Origin: Chitinophaga pinensis
GTDB taxonomy: Bacteria > Bacteroidota > Bacteroidia > 2-12-FULL-35-15
Length of the DNA stretch: 64,000 bases
Assembly (NCBI GenBank): GCA_945885475.1
Contig: CAMCYR010000006.1
Coordinates: forward strand, 22,231 to 86,230
Direction of reading: 5' to 3'
This document shows, piece after piece, positions 9,737 through 19,409 of this stretch. The stretch's first letter is position 1. The number at the start of each line of letters is the position of its first letter. The notes beneath the pieces were generated by a model. That model worked only from the letters and a program-made list of their open reading frames with translations. It did no database searches and had not been told where the DNA came from. A program made the position numbers and the translations under genes.

Positions 9737-10855
9737 ATGAAACAAAAGATTAAATTTATAAACAAGGATAAAACTCAATTTTATAATATCCTGAAGGCTC
9801 GAGTAGACAATTACTTTATAGAAAATAAGATCTCCCAGAATGCAAATCCAAACATGGTTTTTAAAACTATCGTTATGCTTTCTCTTTATTTTGTTCCGTA
9901 TGCGCTTATAATGACAAATACTTTCAGTACTCCTCTGCTTTGGTTGTGTTATGCAGTAATGGGTTTAGGTCTTGCTGGAATTGGAATGAGTGTGATGCAC
10001 GATGCCAATCATGATGCCTATTCCTCCAATCCATTTATCAATAAATTGGTTGCTCAGTCGCTTACCATTGTTGGTGGCGACAATAGAAACTGGAGAACGC
10101 AGCACAATATTCTTCACCACACATATACCAACATTCATGAGCATGATAGAGATATCGACAATAAGGTGATCATGCGTTTTTCTCCTGCCGGAGATTACAA
10201 AAAAGTTCAGCGTTTTCAGATCTTTTATGTGTTTGTGTTTTATTCTATCATGTCCTTGTACTGGACAACTGCAAAGGATTTTGTTCAATATGTGCAGTTC
10301 ATCAAAGCAGGTCAGCACCGTGATAGCGCTACCCGCAAATTTTTGACCTTGATGGGTTTGATCATCTGGAAAGCTATTTACTTTACGTATATGTTTGTCC
10401 TGCCGATGATCTTTCTTCATTACTCATTCGGACAATTAATAATCGGATTTTTGATCATGCATACGCTTGCAGGTTTGATCTTGAGTATTGTATTTCAATT
10501 GGCACATGTGGTTGAAGACGCTAAATTCCCTATTCCAGATGAAAAAGGAAATATCGAGAGTGAATGGGCAATTCACCAATTGGAAACCACTGCTGATTTT
10601 TCAAGAGGAAGCTGGTTGATCACGTATTTTGTTGGTGGATTGAATTATCAGACAGAGCATCATTTGTTCCCGCGTATTTGTCACGTTCACTATCCTGCTA
10701 TTGCTCCAATTGTTGAAGCGACGGCAAAGGAATTTGGCGTTCCATACATCTACAATGAAACCTTTATGAAGGCGCTTAAATCGCATATGAGCATCATCTC
10801 CAAATTAGGAAAGAATGATATAACGTTCAATGCAATTGCTAATAGTATGGGATAA
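9737..10855 (+). CDS. Membrane fatty acid (acyl-CoA) desaturase
   Basis: Histidine boxes HDANH, HNILHH, QTEHHLFP; TAATTTTG box at 9712-9719. Confidence 0.93.
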   Translation: MKQKIKFINKDKTQFYNILKARVDNYFIENKISQNANPNMVFKTIVMLSLYFVPYALIMTNTFSTPLLWLCYAVMGLGLAGIGMSVMHDANHDAYSSNPFINKLVAQSLTIVGGDNRNWRTQHNILHHTYTNIHEHDRDIDNKVIMRFSPAGDYKKVQRFQIFYVFVFYSIMSLYWTTAKDFVQYVQFIKAGQHRDSATRKFLTLMGLIIWKAIYFTYMFVLPMIFLHYSFGQLIIGFLIMHTLAGLILSIVFQLAHVVEDAKFPIPDEKGNIESEWAIHQLETTADFSRGSWLITYFVGGLNYQTEHHLFPRICHVHYPAIAPIVEATAKEFGVPYIYNETFMKALKSHMSIISKLGKNDITFNAIANSMG

Positions 10856-10877
10856 TCCAACTTTAAAAAGTAAAAAC

Positions 10878-10910
10878 AAAAAAGACCGGACAAGTGTTCG
10901 GTCTTTTTTT
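10878..10910. terminator. Bidirectional rho-independent terminator
   Basis: A-run, gaccggac/gttcggtc stem, T-run; lies between convergent desaturase and mfd. Confidence 0.8.
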
Positions 10911-10923
10911 TCGTCTTTTCAGA

Positions 10924-13900
10924 TTAATCTATCAGCGGTTTTAGTGTATTAATAGCATCATCAATTGATTTAATATTTTCAAAGGATAGTGTTAGTTTTC
11001 CATTTGTTTCTTTCATCTTACAGCTGCGTGCATTTTGCTGAACAAACTTTAAAACTTTAGTGAACGTCTCAGTTTGGTAATACGGTGAATTTTGATTTTG
11101 AATAAAATATCCGGTCATTCTGTTGTTCTTAAGCAATAACTTTTCAAATCCAATTTCCATCGCCAGCCAGCGCAAGCGTATGGTGTGTATCAATTCGATT
11201 GCTTGTTCGGGAACTGGGCCGAAACGATCGCGCAATTGTACTTCAAATTTTGCCAGGGCTTCTTCATTGATCGAATCATCTAGCTCGCGGTATAAATTCA
11301 GTCGTTCTGTAATGTTATTTACATAATCATCCGGAATTAATATTTCCATGTCTGTGTCGATTACACAATCTGAAATATAAAGGCTGTGCTGTTTCTGCGT
11401 ATATTTTTGAGAGCCGCCTACATCTGTGTTGCGCAATTCTTCATGTTCCATGCGCAATTCCATAATGGCTTCATCCAAAATTTTCTGATACATCTCGAAT
11501 CCTATCTCATTTATGAATCCGCTTTGTTCACCTCCTAAAAGGTTTCCTGCTCCGCGAATATCCAGGTCGCGCATCGCAATATTGAAACCGCTTCCAAGAT
11601 CTGAAAATTCTTCAATGGCTTTTAAGCGTTTGCGTGCTTCGGGCGTAAGTAAGGAAACAGGTGTTGTGAGCAGATAGCAAAATGCTTTTTTGTTGGAGCG
11701 GCCAACGCGGCCTCGCATCTGGTGCAGGTCGCTCAGTCCGAACATATGTGCCTGATTGATGATGATTGTATTCGCATTGGAAATATCCAATCCGGCCTCA
11801 ATAATTGTTGTAGCAACAAGCACGTCATATTCCCCATCAATAAAGTCCATCATCACCTGTTCCAATTTATCTCCTTCCAATTGTCCGTGGCCAATTGCTA
11901 CTTTCGCATCCGGGCACAATCGTTGAATCATTCCGGCTACTTCCATGATATTCTGAACACGGTTGTGAACAAAAAATACTTGTCCGCCTCGCGAAATTTC
12001 AAATGAAACAGCATCCCTGATTATCTCTTCATTAAACGTATGTAACTCGGTTTGCACCGGATAACGATTGGGCGGTGGAGTGTTAATCACAGAAAGATCT
12101 CTTGCACCCATCATAGAAAATTGCAATGTGCGCGGAATGGGCGTAGCGGTGAGCGTTAAGGTATCAACATTGTTCTTGATCGTTTTCAATTTATCTTTTA
12201 CTGCAACACCGAATTTTTGCTCCTCATCGATAATGATCAGTCCAAGGTCTCTGAACTTTACCCCTTTCCCTACAATGCCGTGTGTGCCGATAAGAATATC
12301 AACGGTTCCTTTTGCTACTTTTTCAAGTGTTTCCTTTTGTTGTTTTGCCGATTTATATCTATTGATGTAATCAACGTTACAAGGAAGTTCTTTCAGTCGT
12401 TCTTTAAATGTTTTATAATGTTGCAATGCAAGAATCGTTGTTGGAACGAGGATCGCAACCTGCTTGCTGTCGCAAACGGCTTTGAAAGCGGCACGAATAG
12501 CAACTTCTGTTTTCCCGAAGCCAACATCTCCGCAAACCAGCCTGTCCATAGGACATTCGCTTTCCATGTCTTTTTTTACATCAGCGGTCGATTTTATTTG
12601 GTCGGGGGTATCTTCATAAATGAAAGAAGCTTCTAGTTCATTTTGTAAATAATTATCCGGACTGAATTGAAAACCTTTCAATGCTTTTCGTTTCGCATAA
12701 AGTTGAATAAGATCAAACGCAATTTCTTTTACTTTTTTCTTCGTTTTTTGTTTTAAGGTGGCCCAGGTATTTGTTCCGAGTTTATTGATCTTCGGCTCTG
12801 TTCCTTCTTTCCCGGAGTATTTCGCTATGCGGTGCAAGGAGTGAATGCTGATGTTTACAATATCATAATCTTTATAGACTAGACGAATGGTTTCCTGCGT
12901 CTTTCCATTTACTACAATTGTTTCCAATCCGCCATAACGCCCAACTCCATAGTCGATGTGTGTAATATAGTCTCCCGGATTCAATCCTTTTAATTCCTTT
13001 AATGTAAGTGCTTCATTCTTTTTAGAAAAACTACTTTTCAGTTTGAAGCGGTGATAACGGTCAAAGATCTGATGGTCGGTATAACAGGCTAATTTTAATT
13101 CATTATCAATAAATCCTTCATGTATGGATAAAAGAATAGGCGTGAATAAATTTGCATCTTCCGATTTTTTCGGAGCGATATCTTCAAAGATCTTATATAA
13201 GCGTTCAATTTGTTTGGCTGCATCAGCAAAAATAATATTCGACAATCCATTGCGAAGATTGCTTTTGAAATTATCATTTAAAAAACTGAAATTTTTATTG
13301 AAGCTCGGTTGCGGAGAAAAATGATAGGTAATGATTTTTGTTGGCGACAATGAAAAGTGATTCCCGAATTCTACCAAGGGGAATCCCAGTGCTTGTTTGC
13401 TGAAAACGTCTCTATGGATGTACAATTCGTCAGGTGGCAGTTGCGCAATCACCGAATCTAGTTTATTGAAAGAGTTTTCAGCTATAGCAAATGCTTTCTC
13501 TATCCGATCCAGTGTTAATTGGAAATGCTTGAACCAGATCACAGAACTTTCAGGCAAGAATTCAAAAAGAGTTTGTCTACTTTCTTGTAAAAGTTTCGTT
13601 TGCACGTTTGGAATGATCGTACAATAAGTAAGTTTATGAATCGATAATTGAGATGTCGGATCAAAACTCCGAATAGAATCAACCTCGTTTCCTAAAAATT
13701 CTACGCGATATGGATGTTCGTTTGAAAAGGAGAAAATATCAACGATTCCACCGCGTACAGAATACTGTCCCGGTTCTACAACGTAATCAACGCGTTCGAA
13801 TTCATATTCATTTAAAACTTCTGTAATAAAATCGATAGAAATCTTTTCAGCTTGTTTTAATGCTAATGTGTTCTTGCTAAGATGTGATTTTGTAACTACT

Positions 13901-14292
13901 TTTTCGGTGAGTGCTTCAGGATAAGTGACCACACAAATATGTTTTTTTCCTGTATTGATCTTGTTCAATACTTCTGCACGCAATAAAATATTTGAGTTGT
14001 CTATTTCTTCGTGCTCGTAGGGCATACGGTAAGAAGCGGGAAAAAAAAGAACATTTTGTTCGCCTAATAAATTTTCCAGATCATTCAGGAAATAGGCCGC
14101 CTCTTCTTTGTCGGCAAGTATAAGTAAATTTGTTTTGTGGATGTGTTGAAAAGCAGTTGCAGCGATAAAAGAAGCACCCGAACCGATTACGTTTTTGAGC
14201 TGGGTGCGCATAGCATTCCCGGCCAATTCTTGTATTAGTATAGAATTGTTACTGGATTCACCGTACTTTCTTAATATATCTTCCTTCGTCAC
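10924..14292 (-). CDS. mfd: Transcription-repair coupling factor Mfd
   Basis: RGGIVDIF, GDVGFGKTEVA, DEEQKFGV, TATPIPRT, QMRGRVGRS and TRCF tail; GTG 14292 preferred because a TACTTTTG box lies at 14312-14319 (ORF track start 14322). Confidence 0.96.
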   Translation of the reverse strand: MTKEDILRKYGESSNNSILIQELAGNAMRTQLKNVIGSGASFIAATAFQHIHKTNLLILADKEEAAYFLNDLENLLGEQNVLFFPASYRMPYEHEEIDNSNILLRAEVLNKINTGKKHICVVTYPEALTEKVVTKSHLSKNTLALKQAEKISIDFITEVLNEYEFERVDYVVEPGQYSVRGGIVDIFSFSNEHPYRVEFLGNEVDSIRSFDPTSQLSIHKLTYCTIIPNVQTKLLQESRQTLFEFLPESSVIWFKHFQLTLDRIEKAFAIAENSFNKLDSVIAQLPPDELYIHRDVFSKQALGFPLVEFGNHFSLSPTKIITYHFSPQPSFNKNFSFLNDNFKSNLRNGLSNIIFADAAKQIERLYKIFEDIAPKKSEDANLFTPILLSIHEGFIDNELKLACYTDHQIFDRYHRFKLKSSFSKKNEALTLKELKGLNPGDYITHIDYGVGRYGGLETIVVNGKTQETIRLVYKDYDIVNISIHSLHRIAKYSGKEGTEPKINKLGTNTWATLKQKTKKKVKEIAFDLIQLYAKRKALKGFQFSPDNYLQNELEASFIYEDTPDQIKSTADVKKDMESECPMDRLVCGDVGFGKTEVAIRAAFKAVCDSKQVAILVPTTILALQHYKTFKERLKELPCNVDYINRYKSAKQQKETLEKVAKGTVDILIGTHGIVGKGVKFRDLGLIIIDEEQKFGVAVKDKLKTIKNNVDTLTLTATPIPRTLQFSMMGARDLSVINTPPPNRYPVQTELHTFNEEIIRDAVSFEISRGGQVFFVHNRVQNIMEVAGMIQRLCPDAKVAIGHGQLEGDKLEQVMMDFIDGEYDVLVATTIIEAGLDISNANTIIINQAHMFGLSDLHQMRGRVGRSNKKAFCYLLTTPVSLLTPEARKRLKAIEEFSDLGSGFNIAMRDLDIRGAGNLLGGEQSGFINEIGFEMYQKILDEAIMELRMEHEELRNTDVGGSQKYTQKQHSLYISDCVIDTDMEILIPDDYVNNITERLNLYRELDDSINEEALAKFEVQLRDRFGPVPEQAIELIHTIRLRWLAMEIGFEKLLLKNNRMTGYFIQNQNSPYYQTETFTKVLKFVQQNARSCKMKETNGKLTLSFENIKSIDDAINTLKPLID

Positions 14293-14398
14293 AGTCTTCT
14301 GAAAATGGTTCCAAAAGTACAAAAAATAAACACGTATTTTTTTAGAAAAACGAGGGTTTAAATAGTTTTATCTGCTTGGCTCGGAATAACAATTAGTT

Positions 14399-14557
14399 GT
14401 CAGGTGAAAGGTGAAAATGTCGAAATTCAATAGACAATGTCACTTCGAGTAATTCCGACAAAAGGAGGAATGTATCGAGAAGCGTTCTCGATACGCTTTA
14501 CTCCGTTCCGCTACTCGAACTGACAAATGAACGGTCACTGCGAGCGGAGTCGAGAAC
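14399..14557. repeat. GTCA-terminal REP-doublet cluster, copy 1
   Basis: gtcacttcgagt...gtatcgagaa-gcg-ttctcgatac...actcgaactgac plus gtcactgcgagcggagtcgagaac; closely matches the reverse complement of 57892-58056. Confidence 0.9.
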
Positions 14558-14573
14558 ATCCTATTCGTATGTA

Positions 14574-15593
14574 TTATACTTTCTCAGTTAATGAATATTT
14601 TTTCATGAAATCACCAGCCAGATCAACCATATCTGCGGATCCAAGAAAAAATGGCGTGCGTTGGTGAAGTTCTTTTATGTCAAGTTCCATAATACGCTTA
14701 AATCCATCAGTCGCTTTTCCTCCTGCTTGTTCCAGAATAAATGCCAAAGGGTTGCATTCGTATAATAAGCGAAGTTTTCCTTTCGGAGATTTTGCAGTTG
14801 TCGGGTAGATGTATACACCACCGGTAATTAAATTACGGTGAATATCAGCTACACCCGAACCGATGTATCTGGATGAATAGGGACGACCGCTTGCTTCGTC
14901 TTCTTCCTGACAATATTTTAAATATTTTTTAACTCCTTCTGGAAAATGAACATAATTTCCTTCGTTTATGGAATACGTTTTCGCTTGTTTAGGTGTTTGC
15001 ATATTGGGGTGCGACAAACAAAATTCTCCGATCGATGGATCTAATGTAAATCCGTTCACTCCTTTTCCTGTTGTATAAACCATCATACAAGAAGAGCCAT
15101 AGATAACATATCCTGCAGCAACTTGCTCGGTACCACGTTGCATAAAGTCTTCATATGTTCCAGGACCACTTAATGATGTTCTGCGGTAGATGGAGAAAAT
15201 AGTCCCGATAGAAACATTCACATCAATATTGGAGGACCCATCTAGAGGATCCATTGCAACAACATACTTCGCGTTTTTTGATACTTCGTTATCAATTATA
15301 ATGATATCTTCATTTTCCTCAGAAGCGATAGCGCAGCACTCACCACCTACACTTAGTGCAGCAATAAATTGTTCGTTCGCATATACATCAAGTTTTTTTA
15401 CATTTTCTCCCTGAATATTGATTTCTCCGGCATCTCCTAAAATATCCGCCAATCCAGCTTTTGTAACTTCGCGGTTCACTATTTTAGAGGCGATGGCGAT
15501 ATCCCGCAACAACCGAGATAATTCACCTTTTGCATAAGGGAAATCCGCTTGTTTTTCAATAATAAATTGTCCTAACGTTTTAACTCTGCTCAT
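14574..15593 (-). CDS. fbp: Class 1 fructose-1,6-bisphosphatase
   Basis: [38 protein letters not shown]. Confidence 0.97.
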   Translation of the reverse strand: MSRVKTLGQFIIEKQADFPYAKGELSRLLRDIAIASKIVNREVTKAGLADILGDAGEINIQGENVKKLDVYANEQFIAALSVGGECCAIASEENEDIIIIDNEVSKNAKYVVAMDPLDGSSNIDVNVSIGTIFSIYRRTSLSGPGTYEDFMQRGTEQVAAGYVIYGSSCMMVYTTGKGVNGFTLDPSIGEFCLSHPNMQTPKQAKTYSINEGNYVHFPEGVKKYLKYCQEEDEASGRPYSSRYIGSGVADIHRNLITGGVYIYPTTAKSPKGKLRLLYECNPLAFILEQAGGKATDGFKRIMELDIKELHQRTPFFLGSADMVDLAGDFMKKYSLTEKV

Positions 15594-15673
15594 TGTTTGT
15601 TTATTTTGAATCTGTACAAATATCGTAATATTTTTGGAGGATAAAACCCAAAGAATTAAATAACTTTGCGACC

Positions 15674-16147
15674 ATGAATATAACGATCAGAAAAGGGCTT
15701 AAATCAGACATCCCCCAAGTAGTAGAGCTGGTGAAAGAATTGGCGGCCTATGAAAAAGCTCCCGACGAAGTTGCCGTTACCATTGAAGAAATGGAATTGG
15801 ATGGATTTGGGACGAACCCTATTTTCCAGTTTTTTGTGGCAGAGGTGGACGGAAAAACAGTTGGTATATCTTTGTATTATATTAAATATTCCACTTGGAA
15901 GGGGAGGTGTGTGTTTTTGGAAGATATCATCGTTACCGAGGAATATCGTAAATATGGTATCGGTAAAAAATTATTTGATGAAGTAGTGAAAGTGGCAAAA
16001 GAAATGGGTGCGCGAAGAATGGAATGGCAGGTATTAGAATGGAATGAGCCTGCTATAAAATTTTATAAAAAAGTAAATTCACAGTTTGATAGCGAATGGG
16101 TAAATTGTAAGTTGAGTGAAGAACAAATTCAAGAGTATTTTAAGTAG
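15674..16147 (+). CDS. GNAT N-acetyltransferase (diamine acetyltransferase-like)
   Basis: [31 protein letters not shown]; TAACTTTG box at 15661-15668. Confidence 0.9.
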   Translation: MNITIRKGLKSDIPQVVELVKELAAYEKAPDEVAVTIEEMELDGFGTNPIFQFFVAEVDGKTVGISLYYIKYSTWKGRCVFLEDIIVTEEYRKYGIGKKLFDEVVKVAKEMGARRMEWQVLEWNEPAIKFYKKVNSQFDSEWVNCKLSEEQIQEYFK

Positions 16148-16160
16148 ACAATTCAATGTC

Positions 16161-16185
16161 CGTCAGTTCGAGCGGAGTCGAGAAC
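16161..16185 (+). repeat. Single REP unit cgtcagttcgagcggagtcgagaac
   Basis: Near-identical to 14534-14557. Confidence 0.8.
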
Positions 16186-16258
16186 AAGGGACGAGAAGTA
16201 AAATTGCACTAGGATTTAATTGCCTACTGCCTATTGTATAATTGTATAATTTAGTTCA

Positions 16259-17548
16259 ATGAAAGTTTTCAAATTCGGTGGAGCGTCTGTTAAAGATGCA
16301 ATTGCAGTAAAAAATGTTGCAGAAATAGTGAAACGTTTTCCAAAAGAAAATATTTTGGTGGTGATCTCTGCAATGGGTAAAGTAACAAATGCTTTGGAGC
16401 GTTTGACCGATGCTGTTTTTTATCCGGTGAGAAGTGCGGACGATAAAAAGACCGATGCCGCAACCATATTAGCGGAAATAAAAAAGTACCATTTCGATAT
16501 TCTTTCAGAATTGTTTCCTTCAACTGATCATCCTGTTTTTATTGAAATCAATAATACGTTTGTTGAGTTGGATTGGGCAATTGAAGACGTACCCACAGAA
16601 AATTACAATTACGAATATGATAAGATCGTAAGCGTGGGTGAAGTGCTTTCAACCAAAATTGTAAATGCCTATTTAAAAGAAGTAGGAATAAAAAGTGATT
16701 GGAAGGACGTCCGCGACTACATTCAAACGGACAATACATACCGTGAAGGGAAAGTGGATTGGGAACTCACGCAATCATTGGTGAATACATTATTGGTACC
16801 ACAATTTCAGAACGATTCGGTGATTGTTACACAAGGTTTTATTGGCGGCACCTCCGAAAATTTCACAACAACATTGGGTCGTGAAGGTTCTGATTATACA
16901 GCTGCCATATTAGCGTTTACAACAAATGCCGAAAGTGTTACAATCTGGAAAGATGTTCCGGGAGTATTGAATGCCGATCCGAAATGGTTTGATGAAACGA
17001 AGAAGTTAGATCAAATTTCATATCAGGATGCTATTGAGTTGGCATATTACGGAGCAACTGTTATTCATCCGAAAACGATCAAGCCGCTGCAGAATAAAAA
17101 AATTCCATTGTATGTAAAATCTTTTTTACATCCAGAGGAAAAAGGAACGGTGATCAACGAGATTGAGTCACCATTGCCAATTCCTTGTTTTATCTTTAAA
17201 GTGAAACAAGTCTTGATCTCCATCTCTCCAAAAGATTTTTCATTCATTGCTGAAGAAAATTTCAGCGATATCTTTAATCTTTTTTCCGAAAAACAAGTGA
17301 AGGTAAATGTGATGCAAAATTCTGCCATCAGTTTTTCGGTGAGTGTAGATGCGGATGAACGGAAACTGCCCGATTTGATCAAAACACTTCAAAAAAAATA
17401 CAAAGTTCTGTACAATGATAATTTGGAATTAATTACAATCCGTTATTATGACCAAGCAACAATTGACAGAGTAACCATCGATAAAAAAATATTGTTGGAG
17501 GTGAAAAGCAGGTATACCGTTCAGTTGGTTGTGAAGCCGATGGCTTAA
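16259..17548 (+). CDS. lysC: Aspartate kinase
   Basis: VFKFGGASV, VVISAMG, TTLGREGSDYTAA, IWKDVPGV, YGATVIHP. Confidence 0.93.
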   Translation: MKVFKFGGASVKDAIAVKNVAEIVKRFPKENILVVISAMGKVTNALERLTDAVFYPVRSADDKKTDAATILAEIKKYHFDILSELFPSTDHPVFIEINNTFVELDWAIEDVPTENYNYEYDKIVSVGEVLSTKIVNAYLKEVGIKSDWKDVRDYIQTDNTYREGKVDWELTQSLVNTLLVPQFQNDSVIVTQGFIGGTSENFTTTLGREGSDYTAAILAFTTNAESVTIWKDVPGVLNADPKWFDETKKLDQISYQDAIELAYYGATVIHPKTIKPLQNKKIPLYVKSFLHPEEKGTVINEIESPLPIPCFIFKVKQVLISISPKDFSFIAEENFSDIFNLFSEKQVKVNVMQNSAISFSVSVDADERKLPDLIKTLQKKYKVLYNDNLELITIRYYDQATIDRVTIDKKILLEVKSRYTVQLVVKPMA

Positions 17549-17560
17549 AATCATTGTTCT

Positions 17561-17666
17561 GTCAGTTCGAGTGTTCCGAAGGAATGTATCGAGAACAAAG
17601 AAAACGAATCTTGAAATACTTCTCGATACAATTCTACTCCTTTGTCGTAGAATCACTCGAAGTGAC
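17561..17666. repeat. GTCA-terminal REP doublet
   Basis: gtcagttcgagtg...gtatcgagaa / ttctcgatac...cactcgaagtgac; same architecture as 14439-14524. Confidence 0.88.
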
Positions 17667-17681
17667 AATTGTTATGAAACT

Positions 17682-18620
17682 TTATTTGGAAATACTAAGA
17701 ATCTTATCCGCCAACACCTTCGCAATTTTCTCGTTGCTCTCATGCGTCCATCCGGCAATGTGGGGAGAAAGAATAACATTGTCGCACTGAATTAAATATT
17801 GAAATGCTTCAGGAAGTTGCAGTGTATCAAGTGCTTCAAATGAAATCCTTTCATACTCTAAAACATCCAGACAAGCACCGCTTACTTTTCCGGTTTTTAA
17901 GTTTTTAACAAGGTCAGCTGTATGCAGCGATTTGCCTCTTGCGGTATTGATGATGTAAATATTTTTAGTAAATGAATTGATAAAGGAATCATTGATCATA
18001 TAGTATGTTTCCTCAGATAGTGGCGTGTGTATACTCAATACATCTGCATTTTTAAAGAGATCTTCCAAAGTAGATTCTTTAATAAATTCATTTCCGAAAT
18101 TCTTTTTGTATTTATCGTAAACCAATACATTCACTCCAAATCCTTTTAACCTTTCAGCAAAAGCGGATCCCATATTTCCATACCCAATAATCCCAACCGT
18201 TTTTCCCATCAATTCCACGCCGCGATTTCCTTCACGTATCCATTTCCCTTCACGCACCTCTTTATCCGCTCTTGTCAGATTATTAAACAAAGTCAGCAAC
18301 ATTCCGATTGCATGCTCAGCAACGGCATCGCGATTTCCTTCAGGTGCATGCAAACATTTTATTCCTTTTTGAACGGCATACTCCACATCAATATTTTCCA
18401 TGCCTGCTCCTGCACGTGCAATGAATTTAAGTTTTGTTGCTTTATCAATACTATCTTTTGTAATCTTAATTTTACTGCGTATCACTATACCATCATACAA
18501 ATGGATGTTGTTTTCAATTTCTTCTTTAGACCACTGGTAAAAAAGATCGCAAGTATGTCCTGCTTTTTCAAGCGTTTCATGCAGCAAAGGGTGATTAGAG
18601 TCGATGAAAAGGATTTTCAT
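17682..18620 (-). CDS. D-isomer-specific 2-hydroxyacid dehydrogenase (SerA-like)
   Basis: RAGAGMENID, GIIGYGNMG, INTARG, LDV, SPHIAG. Confidence 0.9.
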   Translation of the reverse strand: MKILFIDSNHPLLHETLEKAGHTCDLFYQWSKEEIENNIHLYDGIVIRSKIKITKDSIDKATKLKFIARAGAGMENIDVEYAVQKGIKCLHAPEGNRDAVAEHAIGMLLTLFNNLTRADKEVREGKWIREGNRGVELMGKTVGIIGYGNMGSAFAERLKGFGVNVLVYDKYKKNFGNEFIKESTLEDLFKNADVLSIHTPLSEETYYMINDSFINSFTKNIYIINTARGKSLHTADLVKNLKTGKVSGACLDVLEYERISFEALDTLQLPEAFQYLIQCDNVILSPHIAGWTHESNEKIAKVLADKILSISK

Positions 18621-18633
18621 TTCGTGAATTTTT

Positions 18634-18660
18634 GTATCACAGATTTTTAACCTGTGATTA
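18634..18660 (+). repeat. REP-like palindrome left of the RAYT gene
   Basis: gtat-cacagatttttaacctgtg-atta; degenerate inverted copy of 19381-19409. Confidence 0.65.
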
Positions 18661-18740
18661 TATTTTCAAAGGATTTCAACCTAGAGATTTTTTATATTGA
18701 ACAACTCTATTATAATCCTGTGTGACAAAACTAAGTAAAT

Positions 18741-19337
18741 TTAATTTAGTAAATCTAATCTAATAAAAGTATGAGGCCATTTTTCCCAGTGTTCTGTCAG
18801 GCCCGCTTTAACAGGATTATTAATGACGTAATTTACGACATTTCTTAATTCTTTTTCACTTCTAATGAGGTGATCATAGCTTTCTTTCATCCAAAATGCT
18901 CCTTTTTTATTGAGAATAATGTTCGACTCTTTAGCTGTATATCTTTTTATGGAATGCATTATTTGGCTTAAATCGGGTGCTTCATCAGTAAGTTTTATTA
19001 CAAGATGAACATGATTTGACATGATGCAATAACAGATTAATTGATAGTATTTTAAGTCAAAATGATGTAAAGCCTTTTTATTTATTTCTGCAACCTCCGG
19101 AATTGAGAGAAAGCTTTTGTCAGTTTTATATCGATCCATATATTCATCAAATGCTACAAAATAAGAATGTTTATTTGGCTGAATTATGAGTTCTTCTTTT
19201 TTATTCATAAACTCATTGTGAAGTTTCTCTATAATTTCTTTGGGCATGGAATCAACTAATCTGTAAGTAATAAAAAAAATTCCTTGAGATGGATGAAGAT
19301 GTGGTAAGTTTCTGCGGTGAAAAACAGGGTGTTGCAT
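18741..19337 (-). mobile_element. REP-associated tyrosine transposase (RAYT; IS200/IS605 TnpA-like Y1 HUH)
   Basis: RRNLPH N-terminus, FFITYRL, IMSNHVHL (HUH), IKRYTA, W.KESYDHLIR, YVINNPVKAGL; flanked by inverted palindromes. Confidence 0.92.
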
Positions 19338-19380
19338 AAAGTAAGAAGAGGTTTTTTTAATAAGAATGATACTCTAGATG

Positions 19381-19409
19381 TAATTACGCAGGTTGAAAAC
19401 CTGCGATAC
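19381..19409 (-). repeat. REP-like palindrome right of the RAYT gene
   Basis: Minus strand reads gtat-cgcaggtt-ttc-aacctgcg-taatta, a perfect 8-bp stem. Confidence 0.75.

Noticed and set aside
17429-17795. Three short overlapping ORFs between lysC and the dehydrogenase
   Set aside because: They run across the REP doublet and overlap real genes; no protein features.
18741-19337. IS200/IS605 element with TnpB
   Set aside because: No tnpB is adjacent; the N-terminal RRNLPH motif and paired flanking palindromes fit RAYT better.
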